A stretch of DNA of 51,608 nt from a virus. A program made the position numbers and the translations under genes. Every line of letters begins with the position of its first letter. The first letter of the stretch is position 1. The stretch lies in the IMG/VR virus record IMGVR_UViG_3300020215_000010; one strand, given 5' to 3'. The notes below the pieces were generated by a model. It was not told the origin of the DNA. It searched no databases and saw nothing but the letters and a program-made list of their open reading frames with translations. Of the stretch, positions 25,228-34,708 are shown piece by piece.

Positions 25228-25915
25228 AGTTGTAATCCCGGCGGATGTCAGGCTTGGAGAGCTTGGGGTCGGCGCCCGCCCAGTTGTTCGCGGGCTGGCT
25301 GCCCCCCGGCGTGGAGTTGGGCCACCAGCTTATGTTCTGGCCGATGCTGGGCTGATTGCCCCGGAGGTTGAAGATATCGCCCACCATGCCGATGGAGTCC
25401 TGCGCCGCCTCCAGGAAATCCCCCTGCCGCTGGCGGCCCATGTTGGCGTAGGCCAACTGGGAATTTATCTGCGGATAGAAGGACTGGGCGGAGCGCATGG
25501 CGGCATTCGAGGCGGCCATCAGCTTGTCGGTCGCCAATCGCTTTGCTCTTTCCCCGGCATCGGCGAAGGCACGCGCCACCGCCTGGGAGCGGAACTCGTC
25601 CCGCCTCTCCGGGTTGACCGAGAACCCCACCCGTCCAGTTGCAGCCGCTCTGCGGTTGGCCTTCATGATCTCCTCGATGGAGGTCACGAGGTCGTGCTTG
25701 ATGCGCTGCTCCTCGATGGTGGCGAGGTTCTTGAACTCGGGGGAATCGGGGTTGGCCGCCGCGTCGGCGTATCTCCGCGCGGCAAGGGATGCCTCCTCCG
25801 CCTGGCGGAGGGCGGGCGAATCCTCGTAAGGGTCGGGCTTGTCGAAAAGGTTCTTGAGGCCGACGGCCGCGCCGACCAGCTTCGCGCCGCCCTCGAAGAT
25901 ATCGAATAGTGACAT
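25220..25915 (-). CDS. internal virion protein (231 aa)
   Basis: ATG 25915 in TAATG junction with the nozzle gene. Confidence 0.5.
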   Translation of the reverse strand: MSLFDIFEGGAKLVGAAVGLKNLFDKPDPYEDSPALRQAEEASLAARRYADAAANPDSPEFKNLATIEEQRIKHDLVTSIEEIMKANRRAAATGRVGFSVNPERRDEFRSQAVARAFADAGERAKRLATDKLMAASNAAMRSAQSFYPQINSQLAYANMGRQRQGDFLEAAQDSIGMVGDIFNLRGNQPSIGQNISWWPNSTPGGSQPANNWAGADPKLSKPDIRRDYNYA

Positions 25916-27969
25916 TAGCGGACTCCGAACGTCGTGCCGTAAAGGGTGAAACGGGAGATCACGTCGGGACCGTTGGCGTCCTCGGTCGTGATCGTGATGC
26001 GCGCCTGCTCGCCCCTCCACCTCAAGGCATACTTCCGGTCCTGGATGGAGGAGCCGCCGATCGTGAAGGGGATGGTAGCGATGCCGATGGGCTGGGAACC
26101 GCCCGAGGTGGCAACCGTGATGGTCTCGCGGGAGTCGGGCATGAACCCGCCCTCCGCCGTGATCGAGTAGGTGACATCCCCGCCCACGTCGAGGAGCGGC
26201 TTGATATACAGCCCCTCCTTCTGGATCGTGCTTTTCTTGGGCTCCGTCAGGGTGAGCCAGGACGAGGTGAACTCGGTCTTGTAGACCTCGCCGTCATCCG
26301 AGAAGGTGCCGGCGTCGAACTTGTAGACCTTGCCGCCCGAGCCGACACAGATCAGGTCGGAATTGGCTCTGACAAAGTACCCGTTCTGGCGGGCGAACTT
26401 GCCGTCGAACAGCGACCATGACCCGGTCTGGGGGTTGATGTTCTTGACCTCGTTCAGCCGGTCGTCCCCGAGATAGGACGTGTAGTTGAAGACGTACATC
26501 TGCGAGCCGATCTTGATCAGCAGCCATGAACGCCTGGGGTAGTGGATCAGGATGATCTGGGACTCCGAGGTGTCCTCGATCTCGTTTCTGAGCGTGGTCT
26601 TGATCGCTTCCGAGATGTTCGCTCGTCCGAGGGATGAGGCATCCGAGACCATCGCCGCGGTCTGCACGCCGTCCTTGGTGACGAACACCAGATCGTTACC
26701 GATGGACAGCATCCCGTCCTTCGATACCGTGCCCTGGGGAAACAGGCCGACGATGCCGAAGGACTTGGCGTTCGCCGAGGTGTCAATGATCGGGTCCGTT
26801 CCCTCGAAGAGGAACAGGTTTGATTTACCGGCGATACCGAGGAATCTCTGGAACGAGTGCAGCGCCTTGATCACGTCGCCCTTGGGCTGCAGCTCGCCGA
26901 ACTTGAAGGTCGAGGAATCCAGCGTGGCCGCGTCGGTGGTCATGTCGTCGGACGCACCGGGACCAGAGATGCGGATCAGCCGCTCGTCCCGGGCATCGAC
27001 GTAGTACACCCGCCCGAAATGAGAGTGGATGTTTGAGGCAATGGGCATCGCCGATTTGAGGAAGACCAGCGAATCGGCTGATACCTGCCCGGCAATCGAG
27101 GTAACGGTCAGGGCCGTGGCCACCGCACTGACCTTGGCCACCGCCGAGCGGGTGGTGTTGGAGACGTAGTCACCAACCCGGATATCGGTGTTGGCGAAGT
27201 TCAGGCCCGAGACGGCTATGGTCCGGGCGCTGGTTCCCGGTCCTGCGACCGCCACATTGTCCAGCCCTGTAGCCGCCGAAACGATGTTCAACTCGACAAG
27301 GTCGATGACCTCGTAACGGTCCCCCGCCTTCTGGTTGTCGGTGGTCTGCCCCAATCCGGTGGCGGCCGTTCCAATGGCCGTATGCGTGACGTTGGCCGTG
27401 GTGACCGTGAGGGCCAGCCCGTAGGCGTTCTTGCTGACGTTGTGGATCAGGTCGTTGGCCACCGTGTCGGTGTTGGTGACCCAGTCCGTCACATCCGAAT
27501 CGTCGATGCCGGCGGCGGAGACAGCGCCCGCTGTTTCCCCCTTGATGATGACCGCCTGGTGCTCCTGGAAGACCGTCCCGTCCTCGGTGTAGATATTCCG
27601 GTCCACGCCGTTGATGAAGATCAGTCGCGCGCCGAACTGGACCGAGCGATAGATGGCGCTGGAGTTCCCCCCGGAATAAACCTCGGTGTAAGTGGAGGCG
27701 CCGTCGAACTTCCAGATTTTGCCCTCGCCCGAGACGAACAGGGTCTCGGTTCCGTCAGAACCCACCAGTTCGTGAGCGGCCGTCAGGTTCGGGGTTCCGG
27801 TGATCGTTGACCCGAGCTGCGACATGCCGGGGCGCTTCTCGGCACCACCGGCAGAGTTGATGAAGCGGTTGCGGAAGCGCAGCGCGTACTGGACGGGGGT
27901 CTCGGATTCGGTGAAGGAGGTCGCCAGCCCGAAGCGCGGGATGGGGTAGGACGCCTCGATGCGCCCCAT
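25915..27969 (-). CDS. tail tubular protein B-like (nozzle)
   Basis: 684 aa, follows the gp11-like gene; size and order as T7 gp12. Confidence 0.55.
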   Translation of the reverse strand: MGRIEASYPIPRFGLATSFTESETPVQYALRFRNRFINSAGGAEKRPGMSQLGSTITGTPNLTAAHELVGSDGTETLFVSGEGKIWKFDGASTYTEVYSGGNSSAIYRSVQFGARLIFINGVDRNIYTEDGTVFQEHQAVIIKGETAGAVSAAGIDDSDVTDWVTNTDTVANDLIHNVSKNAYGLALTVTTANVTHTAIGTAATGLGQTTDNQKAGDRYEVIDLVELNIVSAATGLDNVAVAGPGTSARTIAVSGLNFANTDIRVGDYVSNTTRSAVAKVSAVATALTVTSIAGQVSADSLVFLKSAMPIASNIHSHFGRVYYVDARDERLIRISGPGASDDMTTDAATLDSSTFKFGELQPKGDVIKALHSFQRFLGIAGKSNLFLFEGTDPIIDTSANAKSFGIVGLFPQGTVSKDGMLSIGNDLVFVTKDGVQTAAMVSDASSLGRANISEAIKTTLRNEIEDTSESQIILIHYPRRSWLLIKIGSQMYVFNYTSYLGDDRLNEVKNINPQTGSWSLFDGKFARQNGYFVRANSDLICVGSGGKVYKFDAGTFSDDGEVYKTEFTSSWLTLTEPKKSTIQKEGLYIKPLLDVGGDVTYSITAEGGFMPDSRETITVATSGGSQPIGIATIPFTIGGSSIQDRKYALRWRGEQARITITTEDANGPDVISRFTLYGTTFGVR

Positions 27970-28214
27970 TATGCGCCCCTCAGGCGGCGCATCAGCGCCT
28001 CAAGCATCATCAGAAAATCGCCGTCCCTGACGGTTGGCATCAGCGCCGTGCGCGGACCGCCATAGATTTCCATGTCATCCGCGAACGACCTGCTGGGGAC
28101 GCCAAAGCCGCGCCCTCCAGGCCCAACTGGTCCCTGGAAATCCTCATCCGGAGCAAAAACGCTCTCGTCATCGGCCCGTAGCCGGCGCGGGCTGAAGATG
28201 CGACCGCGAGGCAT
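27969..28214 (-). CDS. hypothetical virion-module protein (81 aa)
   Basis: TAATG junctions on both sides. Confidence 0.45.
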   Translation of the reverse strand: MPRGRIFSPRRLRADDESVFAPDEDFQGPVGPGGRGFGVPSRSFADDMEIYGGPRTALMPTVRDGDFLMMLEALMRRLRGA

Positions 28215-28900
28215 TACATCCCGCCCGTGGGGACGAACTGCACATCGCCCCCGGTATCCGCCGTGAGCCGGTTCAGGGCTTCCTTCCTCATGCGGAGGTA
28301 TTCCTGGTAGGCCGTCTCATACTGGCGGCTTCGCTCCTCGCCGGATTCCTTCAGCACCGCCTTGGCGTAAAGACCCTGAACAAGGACTCGGGACGGATAG
28401 TGCGGGATGGCTGAATTGTCCGACGTGGTGTAGAGCCGGTTCTTCTCGTAGACGGCGACATCGAACAGTCTTCCATCGTCCGCCGAGGTTGGGATGGGAC
28501 TGGTCCTGAACTTGGCGTTGACCCCCGAGACCTTGGTCACCGCCACATTACGCGGGGTGCCGAAGCTGCGGGTCTTCTGCAGCCTGCGGATATCCGCCAC
28601 GTTGACGATGTTCAGCGGCGATATCTCGTTGTGGAAATGGATCTCGTGGATGCGCTTTATGGGAGCGGAGGACTTGACCTCGAACTCCTCGACCGAGGAG
28701 GAGGCGGTGACCGAAATCTCGTTGAACATATGGGGCCAGTCCCCATAGTCGTTGAGCTCGTCTATCACGTCGTTGGTGAAGTCGAGCAGCATCTTGGAGA
28801 ACGAGGTCGAACCCAGAGAGGTGGATTCGCTCAGGCCAAGCTTTCTCTCGACCTCGTTGACGATGCCGATCAGGCTCTTGTTGACATCTTCCGTAGCCAT
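28214..28900 (-). CDS. tail tubular protein A-like (adaptor)
   Basis: 228 aa; N-terminal LIGIVNEVERKLGL...DWPHM resembles the T7 gp11 N-terminal logic. Confidence 0.5.
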   Translation of the reverse strand: MATEDVNKSLIGIVNEVERKLGLSESTSLGSTSFSKMLLDFTNDVIDELNDYGDWPHMFNEISVTASSSVEEFEVKSSAPIKRIHEIHFHNEISPLNIVNVADIRRLQKTRSFGTPRNVAVTKVSGVNAKFRTSPIPTSADDGRLFDVAVYEKNRLYTTSDNSAIPHYPSRVLVQGLYAKAVLKESGEERSRQYETAYQEYLRMRKEALNRLTADTGGDVQFVPTGGM

Positions 28901-29676
28901 TATTGGCGCTTCACATAGAAGATGTGGATACGCCCCGAGGCGGCGGAGGCGATAGCCCCGGAGGCGGCGGTCGTATGGACGTAGAGCTGGGCATTCGCAC
29001 CAGAGACCGAGAGCCAGCCCGAGGTCCTGACCGAGCTTGAAACCCGGTAGTAGCCCTGCGCGGAGACGTTGTTGAAGCGGGCCACGCGGTCGTCATGCGC
29101 CGACGTGCCCAGGATGATATTGGTCTGTGACAGGGCCGAGGTGGAGGTCGGGTTCTGGACGAACATCGTCACGTCCACGATATCCGCCCCGTTGGGCAGC
29201 GGCGTCACCGCCACCTTGGTATTGTTGGCGGGGATGGTGACCTGCCGGCAGAGCAGGGTATCCCCAAGATCGGCCGCCGAGCTGCCGACCCGCAACCGTC
29301 CCGAATAGGTCCCGCTGGAGGCGGATACCGATTGCACGTTCAGGATATTGACGGTGGCGGCCGAGGCGGAGACAAGCTGCACATTCAGGGTGTTGATGTT
29401 GGCAATCGAGGCGGAGACCGTCGCGGCGTTCACCCGGTCGATATTGCCTATCGCCGCGTTGACCACCGAGGCCGACACTTCCGTGGTGTTGACCTGGGGG
29501 GAGGAGACCTCCGTCGTCCCGATCAGCTTGATCGCCGAGAGGTCGGACGACAGCGCCTGGGCGGTGGTGTCGGCGATGGCGACGAAGGAGTCGATGAGGT
29601 CGGCGTAGTTCGAGCCGGTGGGCTTGTCGCCGTCCTCGAACCGGGCCTTGTTGACTGTGCGTGTCTGAACAGTAAT
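28900..29676 (-). CDS. fibre/decoration-like protein with a non-canonical (ATT) start
   Basis: First canonical start is GTG 29478, but 66 upstream in-frame codons have high GC3 and encode FEDGDKPTGSNYADLIDSF; AAGGAG 8 nt upstream of ATT 29676. Confidence 0.6.
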   Translation of the reverse strand: MTVQTRTVNKARFEDGDKPTGSNYADLIDSFVAIADTTAQALSSDLSAIKLIGTTEVSSPQVNTTEVSASVVNAAIGNIDRVNAATVSASIANINTLNVQLVSASAATVNILNVQSVSASSGTYSGRLRVGSSAADLGDTLLCRQVTIPANNTKVAVTPLPNGADIVDVTMFVQNPTSTSALSQTNIILGTSAHDDRVARFNNVSAQGYYRVSSSVRTSGWLSVSGANAQLYVHTTAASGAIASAASGRIHIFYVKRQ

Positions 29677-29688
29677 TGTCGTTACTCC

Positions 29689-30024
29689 TTAGCGAACGAT
29701 AAAGCTGTTCTCGATCTCCATGTCCCCGATGCCGGGGTCGAAGAGATGCGTGGCGGGGCCGGTGCCGGTTCGTATGGTGGTATTGCCGATGAATAGCGGC
29801 TGGACGAGATCGGGCTCCTCCACCAGGACATCGGGAAAGACATTCCGCAGGGGCTTCGGGTCTTTGCGCGCCCGAATGAACTCCTGCGGATGCCGCGTCT
29901 CGGTATTGGTCCAGTGGCGCCAGGTGCCGTTCCAGATTTTCACCATCTCGTCGTCGTAGTGAACCAGTCCCGATTCGCTATCGACCATGAGATGGCGGCC
30001 GGGCCGCCATGTGTTGCGTATCAC
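29689..30024 (-). CDS. hypothetical virion-module protein
   Basis: GTGA-coupled GTG 30024. Confidence 0.45.
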   Translation of the reverse strand: MIRNTWRPGRHLMVDSESGLVHYDDEMVKIWNGTWRHWTNTETRHPQEFIRARKDPKPLRNVFPDVLVEEPDLVQPLFIGNTTIRTGTGPATHLFDPGIGDMEIENSFIVR

Positions 30025-30362
30025 GTACCGGCCTGCGTCACGCGGAAGCTGAGATTGGACGAGGCCGAAGCGCTGACCACCTGGACCCGGATGGCTCTCA
30101 TGGGGGTCTGTGTATTGCCGGCGACGCTGGTGGCCGCCGAGGCGGTGATGTCGAAAGTGACGGCGCTGGTGATGGCGGGGTCGAGGATGTTGTCGAGCGT
30201 TCCCTGGACCTTGAAGTTGATCTGCCCGCTGGCCGACTTCTTGCCCACGTAAGCGACGCGGAAATCGGACAGATGGATGTCCAGGGGAATCCACGGGAGA
30301 GAGGTGACGGGGGTGGCGGCTTGCGCCGACACCGCCACGTCCTGCTTTGCTTCCACAGGCAT
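30021..30362 (-). CDS. hypothetical virion-module protein (beta-rich)
   Basis: 113-aa ORF. Confidence 0.5.
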   Translation of the reverse strand: MPVEAKQDVAVSAQAATPVTSLPWIPLDIHLSDFRVAYVGKKSASGQINFKVQGTLDNILDPAITSAVTFDITASAATSVAGNTQTPMRAIRVQVVSASASSNLSFRVTQAGT

Positions 30363-30371
30363 AGCGCTAGC

Positions 30372-30935
30372 TCACTGTTTGCGGATGTACTTGATGCCGA
30401 TGAACCCGGACGTACCGGAGGCAATGGCACCAGAGACCGCCGTGGTATGGACGAGGAACTTCGAGTTGACGCCCGAGACGTTCGACCACGCCGAGGTCTG
30501 GGACAGGGTGTTGCGGTCGTAGTAGCCCTGGGTGCTGACGTTGGTCAGGGCCAGCAACCGCCCATCGTGGGCGGAGGTGCCGACCAGGATGTGGCAGGTT
30601 GATTGTGCTGAACCGCCGGGCGGGGTCTGGACAAAGGCCATGCAGCCGATGATGTCCGAACCCTCCGGCACTTCCGCCGTGACCTTGGTGTTGTTGGCCG
30701 GGATGGTGACGCGCTTGACGCACAAGACCTCGCTAAGCGTGGCCGCGGCGTCGGCACCGGCCTGGATGCGTCCCTTGAACGCAACCGAGCCGCTGACCTC
30801 TACCGTGTTGGCGACAAGCACGCCGCCGACGTTGAGGCCCTGGGCGAAAGAGGCCGAGCCGGAGGCGTCGAACGACACGACGGTGGTTTCCGTCTGGTGC
30901 CGCTTGATGTTGAAAGGAGCTGCGTGTGTGGTCAT
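30372..30935 (-). CDS. decoration/fibre-like protein, paralog of the 28900..29676 C-domain
   Basis: Shared blocks VTIPANNTKV, (V/L)GTSAHD, VS(T/A)QGYY, VHTTA.SGAIAS. Confidence 0.6.
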   Translation of the reverse strand: MTTHAAPFNIKRHQTETTVVSFDASGSASFAQGLNVGGVLVANTVEVSGSVAFKGRIQAGADAAATLSEVLCVKRVTIPANNTKVTAEVPEGSDIIGCMAFVQTPPGGSAQSTCHILVGTSAHDGRLLALTNVSTQGYYDRNTLSQTSAWSNVSGVNSKFLVHTTAVSGAIASGTSGFIGIKYIRKQ

Positions 30936-30956
30936 CTGGTTCTCCTGAAAGAGAGT

Positions 30957-30980
30957 GGGGAGGAGACGAATCCCCTCCCC
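30957..30980 (-). terminator. stem-loop 6 nt after the capsid gene stop (attenuator/terminator candidate)
   Basis: Minus strand GGGGAGG-N10-CCTCCCC then ACTCTCTTTC. Confidence 0.45.
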
Positions 30981-30986
30981 GTTCCC

Positions 30987-31883
30987 TTACGCGCCCGGGG
31001 TGAAGTAGAAGCCCCGGGGATCGGTCCAGCCGGACGAGAACCGGCGGGTCGTGAGCATCTTCAAGTTCTGGGTGTCGAACTCGTTGTCGCGCACGATCTC
31101 CGCGGCTCGCCGGTCGTACCAGACCAGACCGTTCGGAACGTCGGTGATGATCGACCAGGCGTCCGGATCGGTGAGCCAGGGCGAAACCACCAGGTCCTTG
31201 AACAGGCCCTTGATGACGCTCTTGTCGTTGTCCGCCGTGCCGACCACGAAGTCGGTCTCCAGCAGCTTGACGGCGGTGTGGTTGTTGGCCGTCGCCACGA
31301 CGAGGCACTTCGGCATGACGCGGATTTTCAGGCCCTGGTCATCGACGAAGTCCATCAGGTTCTGCGTGGCCGTCTCCAGCGAGGTGTTGGTCAGGTCCGC
31401 CGGAGTGGCGAGCTGGTTGGAGTACGTCCCGCCCGCAACCAGCGGGTGGGAGGCACTGGCCAGCGTCACGCCGTCCGCACCATTGATGCCCGAGGTCTGG
31501 GCATTGTTGATGTGGTTGAACGCGATGGTCTCCTCGGTCTGGTGCATGGACCGCGCGAGCATCTTCGGAAGATCGTTGATGTAGTTGTAGAGATCATCCT
31601 CGTGCATCTCGCGCGTCACCGACGTGCCCAGGGCATACGTCACGTTGACGTATTCCTTCTGGAAGCCCTGGAACGGGTCGGAATAGGAGGCGTTCTTGCC
31701 TTCATCCTTCACCGCGGCCAGGGGCAGGCCGGTAAGGCCCTGCTCCTTCTCGAAGCGCTTGTCAGACTGCTTGATCTGGAAGATCTTCTTGTAGAGCGGG
31801 GGGTAGTCGTTGTAGCTGGTGCCGAACTTGTCCGCGATGCCGGGCCAGAGGAGTTCGGCGAAGTTGCCGGTTCCGATTGTCAT
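30987..31883 (-). CDS. major capsid protein (HK97-fold type)
   Basis: 298 aa after scaffold-like genes; composition and position typical. Confidence 0.7.
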   Translation of the reverse strand: MTIGTGNFAELLWPGIADKFGTSYNDYPPLYKKIFQIKQSDKRFEKEQGLTGLPLAAVKDEGKNASYSDPFQGFQKEYVNVTYALGTSVTREMHEDDLYNYINDLPKMLARSMHQTEETIAFNHINNAQTSGINGADGVTLASASHPLVAGGTYSNQLATPADLTNTSLETATQNLMDFVDDQGLKIRVMPKCLVVATANNHTAVKLLETDFVVGTADNDKSVIKGLFKDLVVSPWLTDPDAWSIITDVPNGLVWYDRRAAEIVRDNEFDTQNLKMLTTRRFSSGWTDPRGFYFTPGA

Positions 31884-31898
31884 TTGTGATTACTCCTC

Positions 31899-32504
31899 TT
31901 AGAACGCGCCGATGCGCTTGAACATGCGGCGGAACTCGTGATCGGCGATGATCACCTCGACATCGTTGCCGCCCGCGAACTCGGTGCCCGAAGGCCCGAG
32001 ACGTTCCGCGGGGGAGACGCCGAGAATCTTGAAGCGGTGACCCACGGACGAAGCCGAGGAATCAACCATCTTCACGCCCATGCCCGAGATGCCCGCCGCC
32101 GTGGTGCCGGCGCCTGCCGTGACACGGACGAACATGCCCGTGTTGCCGGCCGAGGCCGTGCCGTCGGCGTCCGCGACATAGACGATGTCGGGGTCGTCGT
32201 AGACGTAGGCCCAGCCCGCCGTCGAGGCGGGGAGCAGGTTGCCGGTCGCCGGCAGGTTGTGGGTCAGCGGCCGGTCGTTGGAGTTGTGGACGCGCGCCAC
32301 GACACCAAGGGTGCCCCGCTCGTTGACCGAGACGGCCGAGGTGTCGATGACGCGAATGTTGCCGTCGCCCAGAAGCTCGACCACGTCGCCCGGCATGACC
32401 GAGCGCGCATGGTTGGCTGAGACGGGATAGCGACCGGTGTTGAAGCTCGTGATCCCGTGGAGGTGACGGCTCGGGCGAAACCCGTAGCGTGCTGTGGTAG
32501 GCAT
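31899..32504 (-). CDS. head-module structural protein
   Basis: 201-aa ORF immediately upstream of the capsid gene. Confidence 0.5.
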   Translation of the reverse strand: MPTTARYGFRPSRHLHGITSFNTGRYPVSANHARSVMPGDVVELLGDGNIRVIDTSAVSVNERGTLGVVARVHNSNDRPLTHNLPATGNLLPASTAGWAYVYDDPDIVYVADADGTASAGNTGMFVRVTAGAGTTAAGISGMGVKMVDSSASSVGHRFKILGVSPAERLGPSGTEFAGGNDVEVIIADHEFRRMFKRIGAF

Positions 32505-32516
32505 TGTCTTGAATCC

Positions 32517-32954
32517 TTATTCGATGACGACTCGTCCTTCGGCCTTCAATCCGAGGCCGGTCTTGTCGAGGTCTGTCTGCAAATTGCGCTTGATCTGCGC
32601 GGTGCGCTGGTTGGTCTCGTTCTGGTAATAGGCGTCGCGCGCTTCCTTGATCTCCATCGGGAGACCCATCAGCGCCAGCTCTCCGACACGCTTCGCTCCG
32701 GTGATGTCGCTCGCTTCCTTGGCCACCTTGTCCACGCCCGGGTGTTTCTCGGGAATCTGGGAGGTGGTCGTCTTGTTGACGTAGAAGTAGCCGCGCTCGA
32801 GGCGCTGCTCGTTCTTGATCTCGCTCTTGGTATCGACCCATCGGTAATGGGTGTCCGGGTCTTTCTTGCTCAAAGTCAGTTGGTCCCTGAGGGGCGCCCA
32901 CACCGCGTTGCCCTTCTTCTTCGGCTTGTCAGTGGTCTCCGGTGTTTTGCTCAT
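32517..32954 (-). CDS. head-module protein
   Basis: 145-aa ORF, ATGA-coupled. Confidence 0.5.
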   Translation of the reverse strand: MSKTPETTDKPKKKGNAVWAPLRDQLTLSKKDPDTHYRWVDTKSEIKNEQRLERGYFYVNKTTTSQIPEKHPGVDKVAKEASDITGAKRVGELALMGLPMEIKEARDAYYQNETNQRTAQIKRNLQTDLDKTGLGLKAEGRVVIE

Positions 32955-33754
32955 GACGCCCTTCCGTATTTCTGCTTGGCTTCGCGGTAGCGCTCCTCGG
33001 CCTTGAGCCTCGGAAGCTCCGAGTACATGCGGTGTGCGATCAGCTTCTCGTCCTGCGAGAGCGGTGCGGCACGGGTTGACGGTCGCGCGCCCGCGTCATC
33101 GGACAGCACGTTCGCGGCGGTGCGCTGCACGGTCGGCGTGCCCATCAGGCGGTCCACCTCGCGCAGGCAGGCGGCAACACCCTGGGTCGTGAACTCCGGG
33201 TCCTCGAACACGCCGGCCGCCGTGCTCACGGCGCGCCTGTTCTTTGGATGACCGGCCTGTGCCCACGGGCGCTTGAAGTTGCCGTTGGCATCCGTTTCGG
33301 CCTGCCACGCCTGAATCGCGACCTGAACATCGGGGGGCAATAAGGCGGGCTCCGCTTGGCCGTTTCCGGCCGGCGGCTTTTTGGCCGCCAGCTTTTCCTC
33401 GGCCTTCAGCTCGGCGATGCTTTCGGCGGCATCCCCGGCGGCCTTGAAGTCGGCCCGCTCCAGGGCGGCGGTGTGCTTCTCTTTCAGCTCGGCAATCGCC
33501 TTGGCCCGGCCGCGCTGCTCGGCTTCCGCCTCCAGGCGCTGCTGGTTCTCGACGATCAGCCGCATCTGCGACGCCATCGAATCGATGACGCGCTCGTTCT
33601 GCTTCATGTGGCCGTAGACGCGGTTGAACCGGGCCTGCGTGTCCGGGTCCATCGGGACCGGCTTGCGGCCCTCTTCGCCCTGTGTGGGAGCCGGAGCCTG
33701 TTCGGCGGCCGGCTTGCTGTCAGGCGCCGGGGCCTGCTCCTGGGTGTCGCTCAT
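32951..33754 (-). CDS. scaffolding protein candidate
   Basis: Ala/Glu/Lys-rich coiled-coil; between portal and capsid genes. Confidence 0.55.
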   Translation of the reverse strand: MSDTQEQAPAPDSKPAAEQAPAPTQGEEGRKPVPMDPDTQARFNRVYGHMKQNERVIDSMASQMRLIVENQQRLEAEAEQRGRAKAIAELKEKHTAALERADFKAAGDAAESIAELKAEEKLAAKKPPAGNGQAEPALLPPDVQVAIQAWQAETDANGNFKRPWAQAGHPKNRRAVSTAAGVFEDPEFTTQGVAACLREVDRLMGTPTVQRTAANVLSDDAGARPSTRAAPLSQDEKLIAHRMYSELPRLKAEERYREAKQKYGRAS

Positions 33755-34041
33755 GATTCGATGCACCACGCCCCGAGGATGTCCTCCTCGTGGCAGATGA
33801 AGCGCTCGACACCGTCGATCTTGATCCAGTCGCCGCTGTTCTTCTTGAACAGCACCTTCTGGCCCTTGAGGCGCTTGATATCGTCATCGGCCGTCTTGCC
33901 GACCGCGATGATGATCCCCTCGGCCGGGGCGTTGCGCTTCTCCGCTGTCTCGGGAATGATCAGGGAGGTGGTCTTCTGGATGGACTCGCGCTCAAGCAGC
34001 ACAAAAGCCCAGAAGGGGTGAAACCCCTGGGTAACGCTCAT
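33751..34041 (-). CDS. GroES-like co-chaperonin
   Basis: LIIPETAEKRNAPAEGIIIAVG...KGQKVLFKK...EEDILG aligns with GroES blocks. Confidence 0.65.
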   Translation of the reverse strand: MSVTQGFHPFWAFVLLERESIQKTTSLIIPETAEKRNAPAEGIIIAVGKTADDDIKRLKGQKVLFKKNSGDWIKIDGVERFICHEEDILGAWCIES

Positions 34042-34115
34042 GACACACTCGTAAGTTGTTGATCCGACGCGCTGATTACCCGTGCGGAAGCGTCGATTTT
34101 CCGCCGGGATTCGGC

Positions 34116-34121
34116 TATAAT
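34116..34121 (+). promoter_or_regulatory. perfect TATAAT -10 box 6 nt upstream of the lipoprotein ATG (leaderless-type promoter)
   Basis: ggcTATAATccgggcATG read directly; the -35 is weak. Confidence 0.45.
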
Positions 34122-34127
34122 CCGGGC

Positions 34128-34700
34128 ATGGCAAAGCGCCTCGGATTAGTCCTGGCTCTGGCAATTTCGCTGGGGGGTTGTGCGGCTTCAGCGCCGCACG
34201 AGATCGACCCGTCGTCTATCAGGCCGCTCGTGGAGTTCGTCGAGCGCGAGACGGGTTACAGGCTCGATCCACTGCCCAGAATCATCGTGGACAGGGAGAG
34301 AATGTCGAAAGACTGGTCAGGTTCGGCCAGTGTGTTTGCTTACGTGCCCCAGGCATCGTTCTCCGCGTTCAGCGGCGAACCGATTGTCTACCTTGACCAC
34401 ACCCGCTATATGCCCGGCACCTCACAATGGAATGCCGCCATCGTCCACGAGCTGGTGCACTACGGCCAGTATCTGACCTACATGGCGGCGGTGCGGGCAG
34501 GACCCGCCGCTGTCACCGAATTACGCAGCCGCAAGGGCTGGGTCTGTACAAGGTCAACAGAGATCGAGGCAACGAACGCCGAGATCCGGTATCTCCGAAA
34601 CCACGATCCCGTTTATGCCCGCCGCATGGAGGCAGTAAATCTTGCCGAGTATTCCGCCTGCGTCAGCGGCTACAAGCCAACGCTATTTGGCCGACCCTAG
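34128..34700 (+). CDS. lipoprotein with HExxH zinc-metallopeptidase motif
   Basis: MAKRLGLVLALAISLGGC lipobox; VHELVHYGQ; opposite strand to the surrounding operon. Confidence 0.6.
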   Translation: MAKRLGLVLALAISLGGCAASAPHEIDPSSIRPLVEFVERETGYRLDPLPRIIVDRERMSKDWSGSASVFAYVPQASFSAFSGEPIVYLDHTRYMPGTSQWNAAIVHELVHYGQYLTYMAAVRAGPAAVTELRSRKGWVCTRSTEIEATNAEIRYLRNHDPVYARRMEAVNLAEYSACVSGYKPTLFGRP

Positions 34701-34708
34701 GGGGCGAA

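Noticed and set aside
24184-25371. Long plus-strand ORF (395 aa) and similar ones at 30897..31889, 37183..38115, 25909..26421 and 20585..21190
   Set aside because: They lie antisense to clearly coding minus-strand virion genes. Their products are Arg/Gly/Ala/Pro/Leu-rich and they lack RBS or operon logic. They are typical shadow ORFs of GC-rich DNA.
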